A DNA stretch of 35,965 bases from a candidate division WOR-3 bacterium (lineage in GTDB: Bacteria; Hydrothermota; Tepidihabitantia; SM23-42; CAYGYG01). The position numbers were made by a program, and so were the translations under genes. The notes beneath the pieces were generated by a model that ran no database searches, had not been told where the DNA came from, and was given only the letters and a program-made list of their open reading frames with translations. The stretch covers positions 1-35,965 of the forward strand of contig CBFGIV010000022.1 in assembly GCA_965648915.1 (NCBI GenBank), read 5' to 3'. How positions within the stretch are numbered: position 1 is the stretch's first letter; every line of letters begins with the position of its first letter. Shown here in pieces: positions 18,291-27,417 of this stretch.

Positions 18291-20113
18291 CCGACCAATC
18301 ACTAAAGATCGATTGTGAGAAGATTCAGACGATTCTTGCCACAGATTGTGGCAGTACCACAACCAAGGCGATCCTGATTGAAAAGCGGGGTGGTGAGTAT
18401 CGCCTGATTGTTCGGGGCGAGGCGCCAACAACCGTTGAGGCACCCTTTGAAGATGTTACACGGGGCGTCCTCAATTCGGTGCGTGAGGTTGAGGAGCTGT
18501 GTGGTCGTAAGATCTTAAAGGGCGAACAGATTATTAAAGGGGCAGAGGGGGCAAACGAAGGGGTAGATATTTATGTCTCGACCTCCTCAGCAGGCGGTGG
18601 CTTGCAGATGATGGTAGCAGGAGTCGTTCTAACAATGACCGCGGAGAGTGCGGCCCGTGCCGCACTGGGCGCTGGAGCAATCGTAATGGATGTGATTGCT
18701 TCGAATGATGGCCGTCTGCCCCACGAGAAGATCGAAAGGATTCGAACCCTCAGGCCCGATATGATTCTCTTATCCGGTGGGGTCGATGGTGGAACAGTAT
18801 CGCATGTGATTGAACTGGCCGAACTGATCCGGGCAGCGGATCCCAGGCCCAGATTTGGCGTCGGTTATGAATTACCGGTAATTTATGCGGGGAACCGGGA
18901 TGCCCGCGAATTGATCTTAAAGACCTTAAAAGATAAGACTGCCCTGGTGGTGGTTGAGAACATCCGTCCGGTCCTGGAGAAGGAGAACTTAAATCCCGCC
19001 CGGCACAAGATTCATGATCTCTTTATGGAGCATGTTATGGCCCATGCCCCGGGATACAAGAAACTGATGACCTGGACCGATGTACCGATTATGCCGACAC
19101 CGGGTGCGGTTGGTCTTCTGGTGGAGATGGTTGCACGCAAGGAGAATATCGAGGTTATCGGGGTCGATATTGGTGGGGCAACGACTGATGTCTTTTCGGT
19201 CATCAAGGGTGTCTTTAATCGGACGGTGAGTGCTAACCTCGGTCTATCCTACAGTATTTCAAATGTGCTGGCGGAAACCGGTGTTGATAATCTCATCCGC
19301 TGGCTACCATTTACGATGGATGAGGCGGATCTACGTAATCGGATTCGGAATAAGATGATTCGGCCGACGACAATCCCCCATACAATTGAAGACCTGCAGG
19401 TTGAACAGGCAATCTCCCGCGAGGCCCTGCGCCTTGCCTTTGAACAGCATAAATCGATGGCGGTCGGGTTAAAAGGGGTCCAGCAGGAGAGAACGATCTC
19501 TGATGCCTTTGCCCAGACGATGACCGGGGAGACCCTGATCGACCTCTTGAGTTTAAACCTGATTATCGGTTCTGGCGGGGTCCTTTCTCATGCGCCGAGG
19601 AGGAGCCAGGCCGCATTGATGATGATCGATGCCTTTCTGCCAGAAGGAGTTACCCAACTTGCCGTTGATAGTATATTTATGATGCCGCATCTCGGAGTTT
19701 TGAGCAAGGTACACGAAAGGGCGGCGACCGAGGTTTTTGATAAAGATTGCCTTATCCGCCTCGGCACCTGCATTGCCCCAGTAGGCGAAGTGAAAGAGGG
19801 AGTAAAATGCTTGAAGGTCAAATTAGAACTCGAGAACGGTGAGGTATTTGAGAAGAATTTCGAAGGTGGCGAGATCTTTGTCTATCCATTACCGGTGGGC
19901 AAGAAAGCAAAGGCAATCATCGATCCGACCAAAGGTTTTGATGTTGGGGGCGGAAGGGGCAAGGTTGTTGATTGCCAGGTTGAGGGCGGTGTTGTTGGCA
20001 TAATTATCGATTGCCGTGGCCGCCGACCATTTCTTCTGCCCGTTGATCATAAGAAGAGGATTGAGACATTAAAGAAGTGGTATAAGGCAATGGATATCTA
20101 CAGCCACCTGTAG
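18287..20113 (+). CDS. Glutamate mutase L (GlmL/MutL)-family ASKHA-type ATPase
   Basis: TDCGSTTTK, STSSAGGGL, AARAALGAG, LLSGGVDGG, VMAHAPGY, MPTPGAV, VDIGGATTDV, GSGGVLSH. Confidence 0.82.
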   Translation: MTDQSLKIDCEKIQTILATDCGSTTTKAILIEKRGGEYRLIVRGEAPTTVEAPFEDVTRGVLNSVREVEELCGRKILKGEQIIKGAEGANEGVDIYVSTSSAGGGLQMMVAGVVLTMTAESAARAALGAGAIVMDVIASNDGRLPHEKIERIRTLRPDMILLSGGVDGGTVSHVIELAELIRAADPRPRFGVGYELPVIYAGNRDARELILKTLKDKTALVVVENIRPVLEKENLNPARHKIHDLFMEHVMAHAPGYKKLMTWTDVPIMPTPGAVGLLVEMVARKENIEVIGVDIGGATTDVFSVIKGVFNRTVSANLGLSYSISNVLAETGVDNLIRWLPFTMDEADLRNRIRNKMIRPTTIPHTIEDLQVEQAISREALRLAFEQHKSMAVGLKGVQQERTISDAFAQTMTGETLIDLLSLNLIIGSGGVLSHAPRRSQAALMMIDAFLPEGVTQLAVDSIFMMPHLGVLSKVHERAATEVFDKDCLIRLGTCIAPVGEVKEGVKCLKVKLELENGEVFEKNFEGGEIFVYPLPVGKKAKAIIDPTKGFDVGGGRGKVVDCQVEGGVVGIIIDCRGRRPFLLPVDHKKRIETLKKWYKAMDIYSHL

Positions 20114-20130
20114 ATTAGTAAGGAGGCTTT

Positions 20131-20781
20131 ATGAAGATAAAATTCCTCGGGCATGCTTCATTTTTCATAACCTCAAAGATGGGGACAAGACTCATCACCG
20201 ATCCCTATAAGGCTGGTGCTTACGACGGCGGCATCGGTTATTCAGAGATCAATGAGCCCGCGGATATCGTTACCATCTCCCATGAACATGATGACCACAA
20301 TTATGTAGGTTCGATCAGGGGAAAGCCGGAGATTGTTCGGGATCCAGCAAAGCGGAGTATTAAAGATGTGAAGATCGAAGGGTTTACGGTCTATCACGAT
20401 AAGTCACAGGGCAGAGAACGGGGTAAGAATACAATCTTTGTTCTGGAAATCGATGGTTTGAGGATTGTTCACCTTGGCGATCTCGGCCATACGCTGAGTG
20501 AGGGGGATGCAAAGAGATTGGGCAGGATTGACATCCTCTTTTTACCCGTCGGTGGATTCTTCACAATCGACTCGACCGAGGCCCGGAAGGTCTATGAACT
20601 CTTAAAACCGAGGATTGTAATCCCGATGCATTATAAGACTGATAAATGTGGATTCCCTATTGCCCAGGTCGATAATTTTATAAAGGATATGGACAATGTC
20701 AAGAGGATTGCTGGATCAGAGATCGAGATTGTTGAACTGCCTTCCTCACCCGTCGTCTATGTCCTCAAACCCCTTAAGTGA
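20131..20781 (+). CDS. MBL-fold Zn-dependent hydrolase
   Basis: LGHASF, TDPY, SHEHDDHN, HLGDLGH, PVGG, IPMHY; AAGGAGG SD. Confidence 0.88.
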   Translation: MKIKFLGHASFFITSKMGTRLITDPYKAGAYDGGIGYSEINEPADIVTISHEHDDHNYVGSIRGKPEIVRDPAKRSIKDVKIEGFTVYHDKSQGRERGKNTIFVLEIDGLRIVHLGDLGHTLSEGDAKRLGRIDILFLPVGGFFTIDSTEARKVYELLKPRIVIPMHYKTDKCGFPIAQVDNFIKDMDNVKRIAGSEIEIVELPSSPVVYVLKPLK

Positions 20782-20980
20782 GTCATCCTGATTGAGGCTC
20801 TGCCTTTAAGAATTATCTTATAAGGTTCTGAATATAGATATATATAACAATCTAAATTTAACTATAAAATTAGATAAAGTGTCTTAGAGGAACTGTTTTA
20901 ACTATTCTGATTTTGATCGGTGCTTTTATAATCTTTGAAAAAATGGGAGATTTAGATTTTTACAATTCTTAAAATTTTTC

Positions 20981-21016
20981 TTGACAAATTCAAAAAATCG
21001 ATTATTATTATATAAT
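20981..21016 (+). promoter_or_regulatory. Promoter upstream of pilC
   Basis: TTGACA (20981-20986), 16 nt, TATTAT (21003-21008); a second TATAAT at 21011-21016. Confidence 0.55.
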
Positions 21017-21022
21017 TTTAAT

Positions 21023-21157
21023 ATGAAAAGAAATAGCCGGATAGGATTGGTCAGTGTTTGTTGTTCTAATGGATTAAATAGGTCTGAAAGTGTTATACCT
21101 GAATTATCGAACGGGTCTCTTTTAAGGATTTTAGTTTCAGATATGTTGCAAAGGTGA
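21023..21157 (+). CDS. Possible 44-aa upstream small ORF
   Basis: MKRNSRIGLVSVCCSNGLNRSESVIPELSNGSLLRILVSDMLQR*. Starts 6 nt after TATAAT; its stop abuts the pilC SD. Confidence 0.25.
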   Translation: MKRNSRIGLVSVCCSNGLNRSESVIPELSNGSLLRILVSDMLQR

Positions 21158-21167
21158 GGAGGTAATT

Positions 21168-22373
21168 ATGCCAACTTTTGTCTGGAAAGGAAGAACAGCA
21201 TCCGGGGCAATGACCTCGGGTGATATTGTGGCAAATTCTCAGGCAGATGTTGTCTCGGCACTCCGTCAGAAGAAGATAATTCCGACTTCGATTAAACTTA
21301 AAGAGCGGGAAAGGGGTATTGCCTTATTTGCGGGCAGAGTTGGGATCAGACCCCTGGCGATTTTTACCCGTCAGTTTTCAACAATGCTCAATGCCGGTCT
21401 GCCGCTTTTGAGCTGTCTTGAGATTCTTGCGAAACAGACGGAGAGTCAGGCCTTGAAGCGGGTGCTGGGTGATGTGCGCAATGATGTTGAGGGTGGATTG
21501 TCTCTGGCCGATGCACTCCGTAAACAGCCCAAGACTTTCGATTCGCTCTATGTAAACATGGTTGAGGCGGGTGAAACGGGCGGTGCCCTTGATGTTATTC
21601 TCCAGAGGCTTGCCCTTTATCTTGAAAAGACCGCGGCCCTGCGCAGGAAGATCCGGGGCGCGATGATCTACCCGGCGATCGTCACCGCCGTTGCCATAAT
21701 TGCTACCGCGGCATTGCTCTTATTTGTCATTCCGGTCTTTGCCAAAATCTTTGCTGAGACAGGAAGCGAACTCCCTGGACCAACCCGATTCGTAATCGCC
21801 CTGAGTAATATCCTCAAGATCGCAGCGATACCACTATTGGTTGGTTTAATTGCGGGGATTGCCGCGATCCGCAGGTTCCATAAGACTGAGGCCGGAGCCC
21901 GGACACTCGATCCGCTCATTCTCAGGTTACCGATCTTTGGCCCCCTGGTCAGGAAGACGGCAATTGCCCGTTTCTCAAGAACGCTGGCCACACTTCTATC
22001 GAGCGGTGTCCCGATTATCGATGGTCTTGAGATTACTGCCAAGACATCGGGGAACTGGGTTGTCCAGGAGGCAATTCTTTCTGCCCGGACCTCGATTAAG
22101 GGTGGTGAGAGTATCTCTGACCCGCTGACCAAGACCCAGGTCTTTCCACCGATGGTCACCCAGATGATTGCCATTGGTGAGGCATCCGGTGGACTGGATG
22201 AGATGTTATCCAAGGTCGCTGACTTCTATGATGCGGAGGTTGACCAGGCGGTGGAAAATTTAACCACTGCCTTGGAGCCGCTTATTATGGTGACGCTGGG
22301 TGTTGTTGTTGGTGGCCTCCTGGTGTCGATGTACCTTCCAATATTCAAACTGGCCGGGACGATTAAAGAGTAA
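21168..22373 (+). CDS. pilC: Type IV pilus platform protein PilC / T2SS F family
   Basis: FTRQFSTMLNAGLPL, GETGGALD, AMIYP, ARFSRTLATLLSSGVP, GEASGGLDEML, LEP, MYLPIF. Confidence 0.92.
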   Translation: MPTFVWKGRTASGAMTSGDIVANSQADVVSALRQKKIIPTSIKLKERERGIALFAGRVGIRPLAIFTRQFSTMLNAGLPLLSCLEILAKQTESQALKRVLGDVRNDVEGGLSLADALRKQPKTFDSLYVNMVEAGETGGALDVILQRLALYLEKTAALRRKIRGAMIYPAIVTAVAIIATAALLLFVIPVFAKIFAETGSELPGPTRFVIALSNILKIAAIPLLVGLIAGIAAIRRFHKTEAGARTLDPLILRLPIFGPLVRKTAIARFSRTLATLLSSGVPIIDGLEITAKTSGNWVVQEAILSARTSIKGGESISDPLTKTQVFPPMVTQMIAIGEASGGLDEMLSKVADFYDAEVDQAVENLTTALEPLIMVTLGVVVGGLLVSMYLPIFKLAGTIKE

Positions 22374-22404
22374 GATTCAATTCTTTAATTCGTAGATAAC
22401 GGGC

Positions 22405-23877
22405 GTGGTTAAGAAGGCAAAGGATATTTACGGTCTTCTCTTCCTTCGTCCGCTCTTAGTAACCTTTATCCTTTTTACAGCCTATCCCATCTTCCTGGAG
22501 ATACCGCGCCTGTTCTATTATATTATTTTTGCCACGATTATCCTCACCTTTATATATCTCCCTTTAACGAAATTTTTAAGCAGTGATCTTCTACTCTTTA
22601 TCCAGTTCTTCATCGATTCACTCATCATCACCGCAATGGTCTTTGTCACCGGTGGTGAAGAGAGCCTCTTTCCTTTTCTCTACGCCCTCTTGATCATCCT
22701 GGCAAGCATCTATCTCGGTAAACGCGGGGCATTATTTGTTTTTATTGTTTCAACCATCGTCTATTCCTTCCTCCTCCTCTACATAACTCAGAATAAATTG
22801 CTGTCGACTATCTCAATTCTCTATCGATTCTATTTCTTTACTACCCTCTTTGTTGCGGTTACGATTCTGAGTAGCATCCTGACCGAACAGCTTAAGAGAA
22901 GGAGTGAAGAATTTTCCCGGGTGCGATTAACGACCGAGGAGATTCTTAAGAGTCTGCCCATGGAAATTTTGACCATCGACCATAACGGTATGGTCATCTT
23001 CTCCAATATCCATAATAGTGAACGGATTGAGTCGATCAAGCGGTTATTGAGTCAAGGTGATACGAAAGAGCGGGAGATTAAAGAGGGTGATCGGAGTTAT
23101 CTATTTATGAGTCAGTCGATCATTAATCCGGAAAATAAACTGATTGGTAAACTGGCGATCCTGACCGATGTGACCGAACTGCGCCGTTTGCAGGAGCAGT
23201 CGAGGATTGCCGAACGGATGAAACTTCTGGCCGAACTCGGTGCCTCATTTGCTCATGAAATTCGTAATCCCCTGGCCTCGATCTGCGGGTCGGTTGAAAT
23301 TCTGTCCGGGGCACTTAAAAGAAACCGGCGGTTCAGTAAACTTGCGACATTAATATTAAAAGAGGCTCACCGCGTCAATGGTATTATAAGAGATTTCCTT
23401 GAATTTGCCCGGATCAAACCGGCTCAGCGCGAGAAGATAGTTCTTGGGGAGTTGATCGGCGAGGCGATTCAATCCCTGCCGCAAAATTTACTCCTTTCAA
23501 AAAAGATTAATATAATCTGGGATGAAAAACGGAAGGTCTGGGCCTGGGTCGATGGTGAAAGAATCAAACAGGTACTGTTAATCTTATTGATCAATGCGAT
23601 CGAGGCCATCAAGGATCAGGGCGAGATAAAGATAAATGTCATAGCCGGTGATCGGGAAGTGGTTATTGAGATAAAGGATAACGGCGTAGGTATCAAACGT
23701 GAGGACCTGGAGAGAATCTTCGACCCATTCTATTCAACCAAGAAGGGCGGGACAGGTTTAGGACTGGCGATTGCGGAGCGGATCATCACTGAACATAATG
23801 GGCGGATTGAAGTGAAGAGTCAGGTGGGCAAGGGCTCGACCTTTTCTGTCTATCTACCGGTAGTGCAGATGGGGTAG
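22405..23877 (+). CDS. Membrane sensor histidine kinase, PilS-like
   Basis: Several N-terminal TM helices with TGG..S.F.FLY, H-box AHEIRNPL, DNGVGI, FDPFYSTK, GTGLGL. Adjacent to pilC. Confidence 0.85.
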   Translation: MVKKAKDIYGLLFLRPLLVTFILFTAYPIFLEIPRLFYYIIFATIILTFIYLPLTKFLSSDLLLFIQFFIDSLIITAMVFVTGGEESLFPFLYALLIILASIYLGKRGALFVFIVSTIVYSFLLLYITQNKLLSTISILYRFYFFTTLFVAVTILSSILTEQLKRRSEEFSRVRLTTEEILKSLPMEILTIDHNGMVIFSNIHNSERIESIKRLLSQGDTKEREIKEGDRSYLFMSQSIINPENKLIGKLAILTDVTELRRLQEQSRIAERMKLLAELGASFAHEIRNPLASICGSVEILSGALKRNRRFSKLATLILKEAHRVNGIIRDFLEFARIKPAQREKIVLGELIGEAIQSLPQNLLLSKKINIIWDEKRKVWAWVDGERIKQVLLILLINAIEAIKDQGEIKINVIAGDREVVIEIKDNGVGIKREDLERIFDPFYSTKKGGTGLGLAIAERIITEHNGRIEVKSQVGKGSTFSVYLPVVQMG

Positions 23878-23955
23878 GTTGAGTATCAATTACAAAATGG
23901 TCGTATCAATCTGAAATGCGCATAAGATTTTTATCACCCATCTAATAGTAAAAAA

Positions 23956-25890
23956 TCACTTTATTATCACAATCTTCTTTATCTCCACTGAACCCCGGGT
24001 CTTTAACTGGATAAAATAGACCCCGGCCGGGATATTACCCTTAAGAAGGAATTGATGATGCTCTGCTGGCAGAAGACCACGATAGATTCTTGCTATTTTC
24101 CTTCCGGAGATTTCAAACAGGGAAAGTTCGATGAAGGTATTGGTTGGTGCCGAGATTTCGATTATCGGTCTTTTTGTCGGTGAGGTAACGTGCAATTGCA
24201 AACCCTCGGGCTTCAACAATTTTTGTTGGTTGACCTCCTTCGCCTCGAGCATATTTATGGGCACGATCGGCAGGAGAAGATGGGATGGCAATTGTGGTGT
24301 ATGGTAGATAACATTTGTCGCAACCAGGGTATTGAGCGTATCATTCCGCCGGAAGGGGTTGCCAGTATTGGGGTTGCGCTCGAAGCGAGGATAGTTAGAC
24401 GAAGTGATCGATACCCTGATTCGGTGATTACGATTAAAGACCAGAGCCGTTGACCAGAGGTCGATATTGAAGGTATCAGGGATGTTGGGTGTCAGGAGGT
24501 CTTCGCGCTCGAGGCCGTGCCGGTGCCGGGCCATCAATATGTGGTCAGTAACTAAAATCGATCTCCCGTCTGGATAGACATCGGAAACCCGTACTGCCCA
24601 ATCGGTGTCGCGTCGGTTCGAAGAAGCATAGAGGACCATTCTGAGTTTACCGATAACGGCTAAGGGTTGATTTAAGACCGGTGTTGTGTAAACGACAACA
24701 TCCGAGCGTCCTTCAATCGGTCGCTGATCTTTTGGTCCATAGCCACCAGGTATGCCGATAAATTCCCTACCACCGATGGTCGGGCAGGGATTTCTCGGGT
24801 CATAATTAAAGGTATCGGTCTTCTCGGCAGACTGGGGCATTATCGTATCGAGTAACCCATTGCGCCGGAGATAGTAATTTTGATATTTCATACTTCTCAA
24901 GGGCCAGGTGTCGGCGGTGATCCAGCGATTCCAGATGGTTGTATCCTGGGTATCGCAATCACCCATCAGATAGAATTTTACCCGTGGCTGGGTAATGGAA
25001 TTTGAATCTCCCTTAAGCCAGTAGTCATACCAGCGGAGGATCTGGAAGATAAAAAACGAATCGTCGACGACTGAATTTGGCGGATAGGTGAGGTCGCCCT
25101 GCTGACGCACATTCCACATATCACCATGCCCCCAGGGACCAACAAAGAGTTTCTGATTATGGTGCCTTTTCTGTAGTTCGGAGAATGCTTCGAGAACACC
25201 ATCAGTATACATATCATACCAGCCATCAATGTGATACATCGGGTAGGTACATTGATTATATCGCCTTGAAAGGTCAACACAACCCCAGAAGATGGTATCG
25301 TAGTTGGGGTGATTGGCGATTGTATCGATGAGCCAGGGAAAGCCCTGATTATTAACCCAGGTCTCGACCAGGGCCTTTCTGAATTCGCCGCCACCGTAAG
25401 CAACATGGTGATAGAGGCTGGGACCGGCGACAATTGGTGCACAGCAGACCAGGCGGGGTGGTAGAGCGCCCGCCGCATAATACTGGGTCATACCATGGGC
25501 CGAGGCACCGAGCATCGCGATCTTGCGATTCGACCAGATCTGTGAAGCAATCCAGCCGATGGCATCATAGCCATCCTGTAATGTTCCCCAGCCATCAGAA
25601 AGGAAGAGCATAGGCTGGCCCTCGGAACTGTCGGTCCCGCGCAGGTTTTGCATCACAAGAACATATTTCATTACATCACAGATAAGCAGGGCATAGAGAC
25701 TATCGACATCACGGCCATAGGGGGTTCGGGAGATGATGGCGGGCCAGGGTGGGAGCGATGTTACGGGATAATAGATATCGGTTGCCAGCCTGACACCATC
25801 ACGCATCCGGATCATTCTTGTCTCTTTGATGAAAGAGTTTAAGTTCGAGAGAAGGATAATAGTTAATAAGAGAAGAATCTTTTTTAACAT
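23956..25890 (-). CDS. CocE/NonD family hydrolase with signal peptide and T9SS-type C-terminal sorting domain
   Basis: MRDGVRLATDIY, RTPY, GASAHG nucleophile elbow, GWYD, GPWGH, SSNYPRF.RNPNTG; C-terminal LFEISGRKI...PAGVYF...KKIVIIK. Confidence 0.9.
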   Translation of the reverse strand: MLKKILLLLTIILLSNLNSFIKETRMIRMRDGVRLATDIYYPVTSLPPWPAIISRTPYGRDVDSLYALLICDVMKYVLVMQNLRGTDSSEGQPMLFLSDGWGTLQDGYDAIGWIASQIWSNRKIAMLGASAHGMTQYYAAGALPPRLVCCAPIVAGPSLYHHVAYGGGEFRKALVETWVNNQGFPWLIDTIANHPNYDTIFWGCVDLSRRYNQCTYPMYHIDGWYDMYTDGVLEAFSELQKRHHNQKLFVGPWGHGDMWNVRQQGDLTYPPNSVVDDSFFIFQILRWYDYWLKGDSNSITQPRVKFYLMGDCDTQDTTIWNRWITADTWPLRSMKYQNYYLRRNGLLDTIMPQSAEKTDTFNYDPRNPCPTIGGREFIGIPGGYGPKDQRPIEGRSDVVVYTTPVLNQPLAVIGKLRMVLYASSNRRDTDWAVRVSDVYPDGRSILVTDHILMARHRHGLEREDLLTPNIPDTFNIDLWSTALVFNRNHRIRVSITSSNYPRFERNPNTGNPFRRNDTLNTLVATNVIYHTPQLPSHLLLPIVPINMLEAKEVNQQKLLKPEGLQLHVTSPTKRPIIEISAPTNTFIELSLFEISGRKIARIYRGLLPAEHHQFLLKGNIPAGVYFIQLKTRGSVEIKKIVIIK

Positions 25891-25904
25891 ATTCGCCCCT
25901 TGGA

Positions 25905-27269
25905 CTATTTTATAACTATAAACTTCCTCGAAAAGGTAATCCCGGAACTGGTCTTCAACCGGCAGAAATATAGGCCGTTCTCAAGGTCGAGATTGACGGG
26001 TATTGAATGAGAACCATTTAAAAGAGTTTTTGGGCCGATGGTTTTGCGTATCCTTCCGGTTATATCAAAGATACTGACCTCGGCCTGTGTCAACTCGGTA
26101 ACAATCAGAGATATCTTTAAGCGGTCACGAACTATCAAAGGGGTTATAAATGTGATGGGCTTGTTGACCGATGTTCTATACTCTTCAATTTTACCCGCGA
26201 TCGGTGTATAACGAAATGCCGAGAGGCGGGTTCCGCCAGCATAGCCATATTTTGCCGAATACATATCCATCCCGAGCGGGGCAACGCCCCAGGGTGAATT
26301 GACGAAGATTGCCGTATCGACAAACCAGTTTGAACCTCCATTGGTCGTCTTTAAGAATACCGCGAAATGACTGCCCTGAGTGTTCCAGCGATTACCACCT
26401 CCAACCGCAAAACCATTCATCGGATCAGGAAAATCAATGGCATAGAGCCCATAGGGGCCAAGGGAGACAGGTGGGGCTAATATCTCAACCCAGTTGTTGC
26501 CGCCATTGGTCGTGTGCATAAAGATACCAGGCGAAGCACTGTCTTTATAGCCACAGACCCAGCCGTTCAGGTTGTTGATAAAATGGACACTGTAAAACTG
26601 ACGGGGGACATTGATCATCTGGGTATTCCACTGTGTCCCGCTGTTGGTTGTGTGGACGATAACGCCTCTGGTCCCCCTTCCGGTGATACTATCATAGTCA
26701 CCACCAACAATCCAGCCCTCATTAGGGTTGATAAAATATATCGATTTGAATGAAAGTCCGGTATCCGGGGCAGTCTGAGTTGTCCAGCTGGTTCCACCAT
26801 TATCGGTTCGGCGGATATCACTTCTGGCTCCAGCCAGCCAGCCATTGTTGGCGTCAATAAAGAATACATCATCCCACAGGACACCAATGAAGTTTATTGT
26901 CAGACCATAGAGACGGTTCCAGTTAGATCCCCCATCTGATGTCTTATAGAGGACCGCTGCCGGGAAGAGATTGTTGATCAAACCCATAGCAGTAATATAA
27001 CCGGTATTCATGTTCGTAAACTGAAGGGCAAAAGTAAACATACACTGCTGGATGGTCCAGGGTCGGAACTCCTGCCAGGTATTACCTCCATCAGTAGTAT
27101 TGTAGAGGATACCCCCGACCTGATCCCGCACGCCGACCAGCCAGCCGACCAGTGAATCTGGTGCCGATGCATCCATAAATCCATTATCAGTCGTCTCATA
27201 ATGTTTTGTCTCCCAGTGTGATATTGCCGGGAGGCAATTGATAAAGAGGAATAAGACTGCTATCCTCAT
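25905..27269 (-). CDS. Secreted YCF48/BNR-repeat beta-propeller protein with T9SS-type C-terminal domain
   Basis: Repeated T(T/S/D)(D/N)GG.(T/N/S)W and F.D/N..NGW units; C-terminal IFDITGR...NGLYF...RKFIVIK. ATG 27269 follows AAGGAG. Confidence 0.85.
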   Translation of the reverse strand: MRIAVLFLFINCLPAISHWETKHYETTDNGFMDASAPDSLVGWLVGVRDQVGGILYNTTDGGNTWQEFRPWTIQQCMFTFALQFTNMNTGYITAMGLINNLFPAAVLYKTSDGGSNWNRLYGLTINFIGVLWDDVFFIDANNGWLAGARSDIRRTDNGGTSWTTQTAPDTGLSFKSIYFINPNEGWIVGGDYDSITGRGTRGVIVHTTNSGTQWNTQMINVPRQFYSVHFINNLNGWVCGYKDSASPGIFMHTTNGGNNWVEILAPPVSLGPYGLYAIDFPDPMNGFAVGGGNRWNTQGSHFAVFLKTTNGGSNWFVDTAIFVNSPWGVAPLGMDMYSAKYGYAGGTRLSAFRYTPIAGKIEEYRTSVNKPITFITPLIVRDRLKISLIVTELTQAEVSIFDITGRIRKTIGPKTLLNGSHSIPVNLDLENGLYFCRLKTSSGITFSRKFIVIK

Positions 27270-27293
27270 AGTTATCTCCTTTGTCGATATAAA

Positions 27294-27322
27294 ATTATAT
27301 ATATAATTGTGTATGATTTCAA
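27294..27322 (-). promoter_or_regulatory. Promoter for the secreted-protein pair
   Basis: TTGAAA (27322-27317), 17 nt, TATAAT (27299-27294); the -10 lies inside the palindrome AATTATATATATAATT (27293-27308). Confidence 0.5.
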
Positions 27323-27417
27323 TTGTAAAATACATTTATCTTCTAAAACTATACGAATTAGAGGGGATAATTTTTAATCTTGATCCCTTTTTAATTTTTG
27401 TATATAATTTACCACAT

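Noticed and set aside
27270..27417. Overlapping ORF-track starts at 27335(-) and 27307(+)
   Set aside because: This is an AT-rich divergent promoter region; better starts are 27269(-) with an SD and 27418(+).
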